From Terriglobia bacterium (lineage in GTDB: Bacteria > Acidobacteriota > Terriglobia > UBA7540): DNA of 64,000 nt. Below are positions 10,454-18,869 of this stretch, piece after piece. The position numbers and the translations under genes are program-made. Position 1 is the first letter of the stretch. Each line of letters starts with the position of its first letter. The notes under the pieces were generated by a model that did no database searches, had not been told where the DNA came from, and was given only the letters and a program-made list of their open reading frames with translations. The DNA is taken from contig JBEKME010000016.1 of the NCBI GenBank assembly GCA_050008675.1, positions 14,649 through 78,648 of the forward strand, written 5' to 3'.

Positions 10454-11545
10454 ATGGCTACCGATCCCGTATTCAAACACACTTACGCGGTAATCATGGC
10501 CGGTGGCAGTGGGACACGTTTTTGGCCCCTTAGCCGCCGCAAACACCCCAAACAACTGTTGACATTGTTCGGCCACGACTCGTTGCTGGAACAAACCGTA
10601 GCGCGCATCCAGCCTGTTATCCCGTTAGGCCACATCTACATCTTCACCAGCGCGGTGATATTGAGAAAGGTTCGCCAGCTTCTGCCGCGTATTCCTTCCC
10701 ATCAGATTGTGGGCGAGCCGGCATCGCGCAATACCGCCCCCACACTGGGAGTCGCCGCACATGAAATCGCCCAGCGTGACCCCGAAGGGCTCATGGTGGT
10801 GTTGCCCTCCGATCAGATCATCGCTAAGCCGGTGGTTTTCCGGCAGGTCCTGGGTGCGGCGTGTCGAGTGGCTTCTACGGCTGGGCGTTCCGTGGTTCTG
10901 GGGCTGGAGCCCACGCGACCCGATACCGGCTTCGGATATGTTCGCCTGGGCGGGCGCGAAGGGAAAGTGGCGGGGCAGGAAGTGTTCCAGGTGGAGAACT
11001 TCACAGAAAAACCGACTCTTGCTGTCGCGCGTCGCTACGTATCTTCGGGACGGTATCTCTGGAACGGCGGTATGTTTATCTGGAAAGCTTCGACGTTGAT
11101 TGAGAACTTCCAGCGCTTCCAGCCAGAAATGGCGAGTCAGTTGAGGCAAATCGCTGAGGCAGGCGGAGTCCGGGCGCGCGCTTTTCGCCAGCTTTTCCCC
11201 AAGTTCCAGAAGATATCCATTGACTACGCGCTCATGGAGAAAATCTCGAGTATTTATGCGCTGCCCGCTGACATCGGATGGAACGACGTGGGTAGTTGGG
11301 CCGTCGTGTACGAGCTGGGCAATCAGGACTCGGAGAAGAACGTCCGGCCCAGCGCCAGCTTGAGCCTTGATTCGCATGGCAATATGGTGGTTTCGCCAAA
11401 GAAGTATGTGGTTACGGTTGGGGTACAAGACCTGATCGTCGTCGAGACCGCTGACGCGTTGCTGGTCTGCGCGCGTGAGCGGTCTCAGGAGGTTGCAAAA
11501 GCAGTCCAGGAACTTGATCGGCTGGGTCGGCACGATCTGTTATAG
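10454..11545 (+). CDS. mannose-1-phosphate guanylyltransferase
   Basis: N-terminal AVIMAGGSGTRFWPLSR nucleotidyl-transferase loop. 363 aa. Starts 3 nt after manA. Confidence 0.85.
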   Translation: MATDPVFKHTYAVIMAGGSGTRFWPLSRRKHPKQLLTLFGHDSLLEQTVARIQPVIPLGHIYIFTSAVILRKVRQLLPRIPSHQIVGEPASRNTAPTLGVAAHEIAQRDPEGLMVVLPSDQIIAKPVVFRQVLGAACRVASTAGRSVVLGLEPTRPDTGFGYVRLGGREGKVAGQEVFQVENFTEKPTLAVARRYVSSGRYLWNGGMFIWKASTLIENFQRFQPEMASQLRQIAEAGGVRARAFRQLFPKFQKISIDYALMEKISSIYALPADIGWNDVGSWAVVYELGNQDSEKNVRPSASLSLDSHGNMVVSPKKYVVTVGVQDLIVVETADALLVCARERSQEVAKAVQELDRLGRHDLL

Positions 11546-11548
11546 CAT

Positions 11549-12964
11549 ATGCTGGATAAGATTAAGTTCGGCACCGATGGATGGCGCGGTGTAATCGCGG
11601 AAGATTTTACCTTTGCCAACGTGCAACGCGTCGCCGAAGCCATCGCGCAGTACATCCGCGAGGAGGGTGACCCGGCAAAGGGCCTCGTGGTGGGTTACGA
11701 CACTCGCTTTCTTTCCCCAGAGTTTGCCAAGCACGCGAGTGAAGTGGTGGCGGCTGCCGGCATTCCGGTGACCCTGGCTGACAGCGCCACGCCTACGCCC
11801 GCAGTAAGCTATGCTGTGGTGGCGCGGCAGACGGCGGGCGCCATCATGCTCACGGCCAGCCACAATCCCTATCGCTGGAATGGGGTAAAGTTCAAGGCGC
11901 CCTATGGAGGTTCTGCGGCTCCCTCCATCATGCGAAGGATTGAAATCCATCTTCACCGCCTGGATCGTTCAGGGACACAGCCACGGAAACGGCGCCCGGC
12001 CTCCATCCAGACCGTGGGCTTGGTAGGCCCTTACCTGGAGCGGCTCAAAAGCTTTGTTCATCTCGATCGAATCCGATCCTCGGGCCGGCGGTTTGTGATC
12101 GACCCGATGTATGGGGCCGCTCGCGGCTGCCTGGCCCGGCTTTTTGACGAGGCGGGAATTTCTTATCGCGAGATCCACGGAGAGCACAACCCGCTTTTCC
12201 CAGGCATGAATCCGGAGCCCATCGAACCTCACGTCGAGCAGCTTCGGCAGGCTGTGCTGGAGGGCGGCTACGATGCCGGTTTCGCCACTGACGGTGACGC
12301 CGACCGGCTGGGAGCCGTGGACCGCAGTGGTGCTTTTATTGATTCCCACAAGATCTTTTCCATCCTGCTAAAGCACCTGGCAGGAGACCTGGGGCTGCGC
12401 GGAGAGGTGGTGAAAACGTTTTCTACCACCGAGATGGTAACCAAGCTCGCCCAGAAATACGGTCTTCCTTTGCACGTCACGCCCATCGGATTCAAGTACA
12501 TCTGCGAGTTGATGCTCACCCGCGACGTGCTGATCGGCGGCGAAGAAAGCGGAGGAATCGGCATCAAGGGGCACTTGCCGGAGCGCGATGGAGTCTTGAA
12601 CTCCTTGCTCCTGGCGGAGGTGATGGCGGACCGAGGCCGCACCCTCGGGGAGTTGGTCCAGGAACTGACTGAGGAGTTCGGTCCCCACTTTTACGGGCGT
12701 GTCGACCTGGAAATTGATAAGGACGTTGCCCAGCGCATTGTTCGCTTAGTGGGGCAGAAGAAGATCAAACGCATTGCTGGACTGAAGGTGACTTCCGTTG
12801 ACGGCCTGGACGGAGCCAAGATGCGCTTCGGTAACTCCGCATGGCTCCTGGTGCGCGCTTCCGGCACGGAAAACGTCCTGCGTCTCTATGCTGAGGCCCC
12901 CTCCGCCGAGCAGGTAAAAGCTTTGCTCGTCGAGATAGAAGCGTTTTCCCGGAAACAGTTATAG
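11549..12964 (+). CDS. phosphomannomutase/phosphoglucomutase
   Basis: Phosphoserine loop TASHNPYRWNGVKF, metal loop GFATDGDADRL, sugar loop GGEESGG. Confidence 0.85.
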   Translation: MLDKIKFGTDGWRGVIAEDFTFANVQRVAEAIAQYIREEGDPAKGLVVGYDTRFLSPEFAKHASEVVAAAGIPVTLADSATPTPAVSYAVVARQTAGAIMLTASHNPYRWNGVKFKAPYGGSAAPSIMRRIEIHLHRLDRSGTQPRKRRPASIQTVGLVGPYLERLKSFVHLDRIRSSGRRFVIDPMYGAARGCLARLFDEAGISYREIHGEHNPLFPGMNPEPIEPHVEQLRQAVLEGGYDAGFATDGDADRLGAVDRSGAFIDSHKIFSILLKHLAGDLGLRGEVVKTFSTTEMVTKLAQKYGLPLHVTPIGFKYICELMLTRDVLIGGEESGGIGIKGHLPERDGVLNSLLLAEVMADRGRTLGELVQELTEEFGPHFYGRVDLEIDKDVAQRIVRLVGQKKIKRIAGLKVTSVDGLDGAKMRFGNSAWLLVRASGTENVLRLYAEAPSAEQVKALLVEIEAFSRKQL

Positions 12965-13175
12965 CCCGGATTTCTCACCACGAACAGGGAGGGACGGGGT
13001 TTCAACCCCGCCCTGGAGTTTCCACATTTGGGCTGAGATTTTTCTGGCCACGTACAGCTTCCAGCCATCTCCCCCTTGGGGGCTGAGCATGTCCCACATC
13101 TCTTGCTGAACACAGCTGTCCCACCTCTGCCTTCTGCCCCTTTCCCGAGGAGAAAGGGACAGAATTGGGTCTTTG

Positions 13176-13248
13176 CCCTCTCCCCCTTGGGGGAGAGGGT
13201 GGCCCGCCGCCGGCGTTTTCTTCAGCCGGGGCGGGCCGGGTGAGGGGG
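13176..13248. repeat. palindromic REP-like element (CCCTCTCCCCC-TTGG-GGGAGAGGG ... CCGGGTGAGGGGG)
   Basis: Perfect inverted repeat at 13176..13199, then a second GC hairpin and a GGGTGAGGGGG tail. Related copies lie at 44161..44202 and 62871..62913. Confidence 0.8.
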
Positions 13249-13326
13249 CCGCCCGATTCAAAACGGCAGAGCGTAGTGAGAAATCCTGGATAGCTCTGCC
13301 ACCAGGTTGTCAAGCTGGTTTCCTTC

Positions 13327-13752
13327 TCACTTCGACTGCGGCTCATGCGGCGGAAGGGTCTTGCGGATGCCATCGAGCACGCCGTTGACGAACTCCACAG
13401 AACCCTCTCCCGAAAAGCGCCACGCGATCTCGAGCGCCTCGTTGATCACGGCAGCGGCGGGAGTTTCCGGGTGGCGGAGGAGTTCGTACAGAGCCACGCG
13501 CAGGATGTTGCGGTCAACGGCTGCCATGCGCTCCAGACGCCAGTTGTCAGCATGTTCGCGAATCAGGCGGTCGAGCCGGTCAATATCGTTTACTGCGCCT
13601 TCGAAGAGGTCGCGGGCAAAACCCTCCACGTCGGCATCCGCCCGATTGTTGGTGAAGAAGGTCGCCTCCACCTGGGCGGGAGTGTACCCACAGATCTCCC
13701 ATTGATAGAGCATCTGCATTGCAAATTCGCGGGATTTTCTGCGTGAACCCAT
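13327..13752 (-). CDS. nusB: transcription antitermination factor NusB
   Basis: 141 aa. SRRKSREFAMQMLYQWE N-terminus and VDRNILRVALYELL are typical of NusB. Confidence 0.9.
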   Translation of the reverse strand: MGSRRKSREFAMQMLYQWEICGYTPAQVEATFFTNNRADADVEGFARDLFEGAVNDIDRLDRLIREHADNWRLERMAAVDRNILRVALYELLRHPETPAAAVINEALEIAWRFSGEGSVEFVNGVLDGIRKTLPPHEPQSK

Positions 13753-13759
13753 GGGAAGA

Positions 13760-13831
13760 TCGAAATCCGAAAATCGAAATTCGAAAATCGACGCGAGTTT
13801 CGATTTTCGCTTTTCGAGTTTCGAATTTCGA
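13760..13831. repeat. inverted arrays of 8-nt tandem repeat (CGAAAATY) forming a long hairpin
   Basis: The left arm 13760..13791 and right arm 13800..13831 pair at 28 of 32 positions by hand alignment, with an 8-nt loop. It lies between the crotonase stop and the nusB start. Confidence 0.85.
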
Positions 13832-13845
13832 GTGCCGAAGCGGCG

Positions 13846-14628
13846 CTACTTGCCAACGAACCTTGCCGGCCGTTTCTCCAAGAACGCTCGGGTGCCTTCC
13901 TTCATGTCGGCCGTGGTACAGCATAGACCGAAAAGGGTGGCCTCCAGGAACTGGCCCTCGGCTTCGGGCATCCCCAAGCCGTGGTTTACGGCTTCGAGCG
14001 CGAACTTCACGGCCAGCGGCGCATTGGCCATGATTTTTTGCGCAAGCTTTTCTGCTGTGGCGATGAGGTCTTGCGCTGGGACCACTTGGTTTACCAACCC
14101 CATGCGGTAGGCCTCGGAGGCGCTGATGGGGTCGCCGCTCAGCAGCATTTCGAGGGCGCGTCCTTTGCCTACCAGGCGCGGCAAGCGTTGTGTTCCGGCA
14201 TAGCCCGGGATAAGTCCCAGCTTCACTTCCGGTTGTCCGAGGCGCGCATTCTCGGAAGCGATTCTTAATGTGCACGCCATGGCGAGTTCGCAGCCTCCAC
14301 CCAGAGCAAATCCGTTGATGGCCGCAATCACCGGCTTGCCCAGGTGCTCGATAAAGTCCAGAATCTTCTGGCCGCGAACAGACATCTCTTTGCCTTCCAC
14401 GGGCGTTTGAACCGCCAGTTCGTTGATGTCCGCGCCTCCCACAAAGGCTCTTTCACCCGCCCCGGTGAGGATGATGGCGCGCACCTCATCGTCCCTTTCG
14501 ATGTCCTGGAAACACTCGTGCAACTCTTGCATTACTTTCTGGTTCAGGGCGTTTAGTTTATCGGGACGGTTGATGGTCACATAAGCGATGCCATTGCGCT
14601 TTTCGTAGAGTAAGTTATCGAAAGCCAT
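13846..14628 (-). CDS. enoyl-CoA hydratase/isomerase family protein
   Basis: 260 aa. ITINRPDKLNALN and GGGCELAMACTLRIAS crotonase motifs. Confidence 0.85.
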   Translation of the reverse strand: MAFDNLLYEKRNGIAYVTINRPDKLNALNQKVMQELHECFQDIERDDEVRAIILTGAGERAFVGGADINELAVQTPVEGKEMSVRGQKILDFIEHLGKPVIAAINGFALGGGCELAMACTLRIASENARLGQPEVKLGLIPGYAGTQRLPRLVGKGRALEMLLSGDPISASEAYRMGLVNQVVPAQDLIATAEKLAQKIMANAPLAVKFALEAVNHGLGMPEAEGQFLEATLFGLCCTTADMKEGTRAFLEKRPARFVGK

Positions 14629-14648
14629 ATTGAGCCCCCCTGGGCACT

Positions 14649-14808
14649 GGTGTCATTTGCGGCACCCGTGCGTTACAAGTCGCAGTCATTCCCGCGAAAG
14701 CGGGAATCCAGTCCCTCGGCAGCGCATTTCCGAAGGTTTGCGGAGTGGATTCCCGCTTTCGCGGGAATGACCGGCGTTTCGAAAGGGATGCCAGCCCAAC
14801 GTCATCAA
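14649..14808. mobile_element. MITE-like element, copy 1 (right end degenerate)
   Basis: Starts with GGTGTCATTTG. Contains two ATTCCCGC-GAAA-GCGGGAAT hairpin modules at about 14688..14710 and 14747..14770. It shares this architecture with the other copies listed below. Confidence 0.7.
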
Positions 14809-14873
14809 CGCCGGCGCCAACTCCAAGTTTGACAGGGTATCGCCCTTTTGCTAGATTTTCAAAGGGCAAAATA

Positions 14874-14955
14874 TTTTGGATTTTAGATTTTGGATTGAAG
14901 AGAGAGGGGGCCGCGCACGGTTTGTAATCCAAAATCCAAAATCTAAAATCCAAAA
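14874..14955. repeat. perfect 23-bp stem built from AAAATCCA/AAAATCTA tandem repeats, in the lepA leader
   Basis: 14874..14896 (TTTTGGATTTTAGATTTTGGATT) is the exact reverse complement of 14933..14955, with a 36-nt loop. The 3-prime arm ends 8 nt before the lepA ATG. Confidence 0.9.
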
Positions 14956-14962
14956 TTCGTTT

Positions 14963-16768
14963 ATGACGGACGCGCGTTACATTCGCAACTTTTCGATTGT
15001 GGCCCATATTGACCACGGCAAGTCCACCCTGGCCGACCGGGTGCTGGAAATCACGGGTGCGCTTTCGAAACGGGAAATGGCCGACCAGGTGCTCGATTCC
15101 ATGGACCTCGAGCGCGAGCGGGGTATTACGATCAAGGCGCACGCCGTCCGCCTTCACTACCGCGCTCGCGATGGGAACCTGTACCAGTTGAACCTGATCG
15201 ATACTCCCGGCCATGTCGATTTCTCTTACGAGGTTTCGCGCAGCCTTTCCGCGTGCGAGGGCGCAGTCCTGGTGATCGATGCCTCGCAGGGAGTCGAGGC
15301 GCAGACGCTTGCCAATGCCCAGCTTGCCCTGAACAACAACCTGGCGATCATTCCCGTCATCAACAAGATCGACCTTCCGGGCGCGGACGTTGAGGCCACC
15401 AAACAGCAAATCGAACATGCTCTGGCGCTCGATCCGAGTGAGTCACTGCTGATCAGCGCCAAACAGGGCATGGGCGTGGAAGAGGTGCTGGAGGCAATCG
15501 TGGCGCGCGTCCCGGCGCCGCGCGGTTCGCCGGAAGAGCCTCTCCGGGCGCTGATCTTTGATTCCTGGTTCGATAGCTATCGCAGCGTGGTGGTGCTCAG
15601 CCGCATCTTCGAGGGCGCTTTGACGGTGGGTATGCGGATTCGCCTTTGGTCCAACAACCAGGTTTACACGGTTGAGGAACTGGGTGTGCTGACGCCGAAG
15701 CCCGTCCGCGTGGAGCGCCTCGAGGCGGGAGAAGTCGGTTTCGTCATCGCCAATATCAAGCGCATCTCGGACACGCGCATCGGCGATACCATCACGGACG
15801 ACACGCGACCCGCCGCCGCGCCGTTTCCCGGCTTCGAGGAAATCAAGCCCATGGTCTTTGCGGGGCTTTATCCCGTGGCCGCCAGCGCTTACGAACCCCT
15901 GCGCGACGCGCTCGAGAAGCTGCGCCTCAATGACTCCTCGCTTTTCTACGAGCCGGAGAACTCCCAGGCTTTGGGCTTCGGCTTCCGCGGTGGTTTCCTC
16001 GGGCTGCTGCACATGGAAATCGTCCAAGAGCGCCTGGAGCGCGAATTCAATCTCGACCTGATCACGACCGCCCCAAGCGTCCGCTACCGCGTCACCACCA
16101 AGTCGGGTGAGGTTCTGGAGGTGCACACGCCCACCAAGTTTCCGCCTGCGGGTGACATTGAGAAGGTTGAAGAACCCATTATTCGGGCGCGAATCTTCAC
16201 CCAGGATGAATACCTGGGCGGCATCCTGAAACTGCTGGAAGAGAAGCGGGGCGTGCAGAAGGGTTTCGAATACGTCTCGCAAAAGCGCGTGCTGCTCACT
16301 TACGAGCTTCCGCTTAACGAAATCGTGCTGGATTTTTACGACCGGCTGAAGTCCGTCTCGCGGGGCTATGCCTCGCTCGATTATCGCTTTGCAGGCTTCT
16401 GGGACTCGGACTTGGTGAAGGTGGACTTCCTGGTGGCCGGAGAGCCTGTCGATGCCCTTTCGTTCATTACCCACCGCGATCAGGCATTTGCGCGCGGCCG
16501 CATCCTGTGCGGAAAAATGCGCAAGCTCATTCCACGCCAGCTCTTCGAAGTGGCGCTTCAGGCTTCCATCGGATCAAAGGTGATTGCCCGCGAAAACGTC
16601 CCGCCCATGCGGAAGAACGTCCTGGCCAAGTGTTACGGAGGCGACATCACGCGCAAGCGCAAGCTGCTCGAAAAGCAGAAAGAAGGCAAGAAGCGCATGA
16701 AGCGCGTGGGGCGCGTCGATATTCCGCAGGAAGCTTTCCTGGCTGTCCTCAAAGTTTCTGAAGATTAG
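14963..16768 (+). CDS. lepA: translation elongation factor 4 (LepA)
   Basis: [33 protein letters not shown], and the C-terminal [22 protein letters not shown]. Start moved to the ATG at 14963, because the upstream ORF portion is translated repeat. Confidence 0.95.
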   Translation: MTDARYIRNFSIVAHIDHGKSTLADRVLEITGALSKREMADQVLDSMDLERERGITIKAHAVRLHYRARDGNLYQLNLIDTPGHVDFSYEVSRSLSACEGAVLVIDASQGVEAQTLANAQLALNNNLAIIPVINKIDLPGADVEATKQQIEHALALDPSESLLISAKQGMGVEEVLEAIVARVPAPRGSPEEPLRALIFDSWFDSYRSVVVLSRIFEGALTVGMRIRLWSNNQVYTVEELGVLTPKPVRVERLEAGEVGFVIANIKRISDTRIGDTITDDTRPAAAPFPGFEEIKPMVFAGLYPVAASAYEPLRDALEKLRLNDSSLFYEPENSQALGFGFRGGFLGLLHMEIVQERLEREFNLDLITTAPSVRYRVTTKSGEVLEVHTPTKFPPAGDIEKVEEPIIRARIFTQDEYLGGILKLLEEKRGVQKGFEYVSQKRVLLTYELPLNEIVLDFYDRLKSVSRGYASLDYRFAGFWDSDLVKVDFLVAGEPVDALSFITHRDQAFARGRILCGKMRKLIPRQLFEVALQASIGSKVIARENVPPMRKNVLAKCYGGDITRKRKLLEKQKEGKKRMKRVGRVDIPQEAFLAVLKVSED

Positions 16769-16790
16769 CGGCAGAGTTCGCCCTGCATCG

Positions 16791-16816
16791 TAGGGGCGAA
16801 CCTTGTGTTCGTCCCC
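16791..16816. repeat. REP-like palindrome GTAGGGGCGAAC-CTTGT-GTTCGTCCCC downstream of lepA
   Basis: Imperfect hairpin 23 nt after the lepA stop. Same GTAGGGGC head as the palindrome at 63461..63488. Confidence 0.7.
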
Positions 16817-16884
16817 TTCAGGGCGCAGGTGGGGCCGCTTGGCCCGCCGCGGCAACGACCCACCGCCTGTCAGGAGGCAGTGCT

Positions 16885-17027
16885 GGTGTCATTTGGAACG
16901 GTGATCCACTCGATCCGCCGGTCATTCCCGCGAAAGCGGGAATCTACTCGGCAAAGCTTCGGAAACGCGCTGTCGACGGAGTGGATTCCCGCTTTCGCGG
17001 GAATGACTGGGTCTCGCAAATGACACC
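16885..17027. mobile_element. MITE-like element, copy 2
   Basis: Terminal inverted repeats GGTGTCATTTG ... CAAATGACACC, with two ATTCCCGC-GAAA-GCGGGAAT hairpin modules inside. Confidence 0.8.
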
Positions 17028-17105
17028 AATAGCCAGGAGGCGGTAGTGGGCTACTTTGAAAATTTAAGTTCCTGACTGACTCCGAGGGCGTGCCATACTG
17101 GAAGC

Positions 17106-17270
17106 ATGCCAAAGCGATCAAGCAGGGAAAAGAGACCTAGAGACGTTAACCAGCTTGCGTATCAGCTCGTGCACGAGTCCACCGAACGACCGCCAGGTGA
17201 GCCGGAAGACCACCAAGCCGAGATTTCCAGAGTTATGTCAGAGATGGGGGTAGACTCTCGCCATGAGTAA
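17106..17270 (+). CDS. small hypothetical protein (54 aa), translationally coupled to the next gene
   Basis: Not in the ORF track. Sequence MPKRSSREKRPRDVNQLAYQLVHESTERPPGEPEDHQAEISRVMSEMGVDSRHE. Its stop overlaps the next ATG (ATGAGTAA). Confidence 0.3.
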   Translation: MPKRSSREKRPRDVNQLAYQLVHESTERPPGEPEDHQAEISRVMSEMGVDSRHE

Positions 17271-17712
17271 CCGATACACAACCAAGCAAATGGGTGACGC
17301 CTGCGAAATGCTGGTTGCCGCCGAGATGACGCTCGCTGGAGTGCCTGCAATGAAGATGCCGGACAACTGGCCCGGCTATGACGTGATTGCGCAACCTACG
17401 GACGGACGAGAACCGCAGCGCATTTCGGTGAGATCTCGGACGTACAAAGCTGCTGAAGGTTATTGGCTAGATTATTACGCAAAGTCCGAATTTGATTGGC
17501 TCGCAGTAGTTTTGCTCCCCGGTCCTGGGCAGGCGTCCCGCAGGATCTTCATCATACCCAAAGTCGTATCCGATGAACGGTTGCACCACCCCAAGGGCAA
17601 AGACCCGAACGACAAGTATTGCCGCATCGACAGAGTAGCCGAGACCTTCGCGGAGTTCGAGAATAACTTTTCGTTGGTAACGCCGGCGAGGAGCACCGGG
17701 AGTCCAAAGTAG
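17263..17712 (+). CDS. PD-(D/E)xK-fold (Hjc/YraN-like) protein with a degenerate catalytic triad
   Basis: GDACEMLVAAEMTLAGV ... GYDVIA ... RISVRSR follows the G-x3-E ... D-(L/V)-I-A ... (E)-V-(K) layout of small restriction-endonuclease-like proteins, but has S-V-R in place of E-x-K. Confidence 0.45.
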   Translation: MSNRYTTKQMGDACEMLVAAEMTLAGVPAMKMPDNWPGYDVIAQPTDGREPQRISVRSRTYKAAEGYWLDYYAKSEFDWLAVVLLPGPGQASRRIFIIPKVVSDERLHHPKGKDPNDKYCRIDRVAETFAEFENNFSLVTPARSTGSPK

Positions 17713-17772
17713 CCCACTACCCAGGAGGCAATTAGATTGCAGTAGCCGCGCATTTCGGCTAACATTGGGAAC

Positions 17773-17994
17773 ATGAAGTTCGAAGACGAAATCAGGTTTC
17801 TCAAGAGCATCGGTCTGGCGGCGGTGATGCCCGATGGCGAGCTCCATCCAATTAGCCGAAAGATTCGCCGCCCGCGCGGCTTCATACCGGTGAGAATCCT
17901 CAAGAAGAGCGACATTCCAAAAGAATTGCGCGACATGATGCGGCGCAGCCGCGCGGAGATTCGGAATGCAAACCACCGGCGAAGCCATGGTTAG
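17773..17994 (+). CDS. putative antitoxin (unknown fold) of a type II TA pair
   Basis: 73-aa ORF directly upstream of the RelE/ParE-like gene and overlapping it by 8 nt (ATGGTTAG). The call rests on position only. Confidence 0.4.
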   Translation: MKFEDEIRFLKSIGLAAVMPDGELHPISRKIRRPRGFIPVRILKKSDIPKELRDMMRRSRAEIRNANHRRSHG

Positions 17995-18256
17995 TCGAGC
18001 CATTCTTATCGGACCAAAGATCTGGGAAGATCTGGATTCTTACGACAAAAACCTCAAAAGCAAGTTCGTCCGTGCGTTTCGATTCCTGAGTCGAGATATT
18101 AGCCATCCATCTTTGCAAGTTGAGTATGTCAAAGTGGGGGAAAACGAGTTTTACCGCGGAAGAGTTGACCCGAAGTATAGGTTTCATTTCGAGCGACACG
18201 AAACGCACTATGTGATTTTGGCCATCGGCCCGCACCGCTTGCAGGGGGTTGGCTAG
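17987..18256 (+). CDS. RelE/ParE-family type II toxin
   Basis: LSRDISHPSLQVEYVKVGENEFYRGRVDPKYRFHFERHETHYVILAIGPH matches the family pattern (hPsL..kl.g....y.aRv...yRi.f......i..ig.H). An alternative start lies at 17966. Confidence 0.6.
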   Translation: MVSRAILIGPKIWEDLDSYDKNLKSKFVRAFRFLSRDISHPSLQVEYVKVGENEFYRGRVDPKYRFHFERHETHYVILAIGPHRLQGVG

Positions 18257-18340
18257 CGCTCGCCTCCGAGCTTCCTTGTGACGTAAACAAGTTTCTTATC
18301 AGGGCGGGTTTCTTCGCGTTACAATCTGCGTAATCTGCGG

Positions 18341-18835
18341 ATGGAGGAGCAAATGGAACTCAATACCGTCACCATCGAAAAGCCTGCCGAGATGAATTTC
18401 ATCCTCGGCCAGGCGCATTTCATCAAGACCATCGAGGACCTGCATGAGGCTATTGTTCAAACCGTCCCCGGTATGAGATTTGGCATTGGATTCTGCGAAT
18501 CGTCTGGCCCCGCGCTCGTGCGTTACGCTGGCAATGACCAGCGGCTGATCGAACTCGCGCAGAAGAACGCCCTGGGGCTCGCTTGCGGCCATTGCTTCAT
18601 CATCTTTATGGAGGGTGGCTTTCCTATCAATATCCTGAACACCATCAAGAACGTCCCGGAAGTGTGCCGGGTTTTCTGCGCCACGGCCAATCCCGTCGAG
18701 GTCGTTGTCGCCGAGACCGAGCAGGGGCGCGGTATCCTCGGCGTGATCGACGGCTTGAAAACGAAAGGCATCGAAACCGAAGCCGACATCAAATTCCGCA
18801 AAGATTTCCTGCGTAAGATCGGATACAAACTGTAA
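18341..18835 (+). CDS. adenosine-specific kinase family protein (PAE2307-like)
   Basis: ILGQAHFIKTIEDLHEAIV, GIGFCESSG, NVPEVCRVFCATANPVEVVVAETEQGRGILGVIDG match my recollection of this small conserved family. Confidence 0.65.
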   Translation: MEEQMELNTVTIEKPAEMNFILGQAHFIKTIEDLHEAIVQTVPGMRFGIGFCESSGPALVRYAGNDQRLIELAQKNALGLACGHCFIIFMEGGFPINILNTIKNVPEVCRVFCATANPVEVVVAETEQGRGILGVIDGLKTKGIETEADIKFRKDFLRKIGYKL

Positions 18836-18869
18836 GTGTGACCCCAAACATAGGGCAGGAAGGAACAGG

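Noticed and set aside
13760-13831. CRISPR array hypothesis for the short tandem repeats (also 14874, 20546, 44319, 53616)
   Set aside because: The units are 7-8 nt with no spacers, and the arrays are shorter than 60 nt. No cas genes are present. They are not CRISPR.
14876-14962. N-terminal extensions of lepA (MDFRFWIEE...), wzy (to 20604), wzx (to 34248) and GT26 (to 35050)
   Set aside because: The extensions are translated tandem or hairpin repeats, or they overlap the neighbouring gene. Conserved N-termini begin at the internal ATGs that I used.
15443-16474. 343-aa minus-strand ORF. The same applies to 52476..53300, 61953..62870, 10625..11533 and 3021..3797.
   Set aside because: All of these lie antisense to genes with strong motif support (lepA, coaBC, rnr, the guanylyltransferase, the kinase). 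They are high-GC shadow frames.
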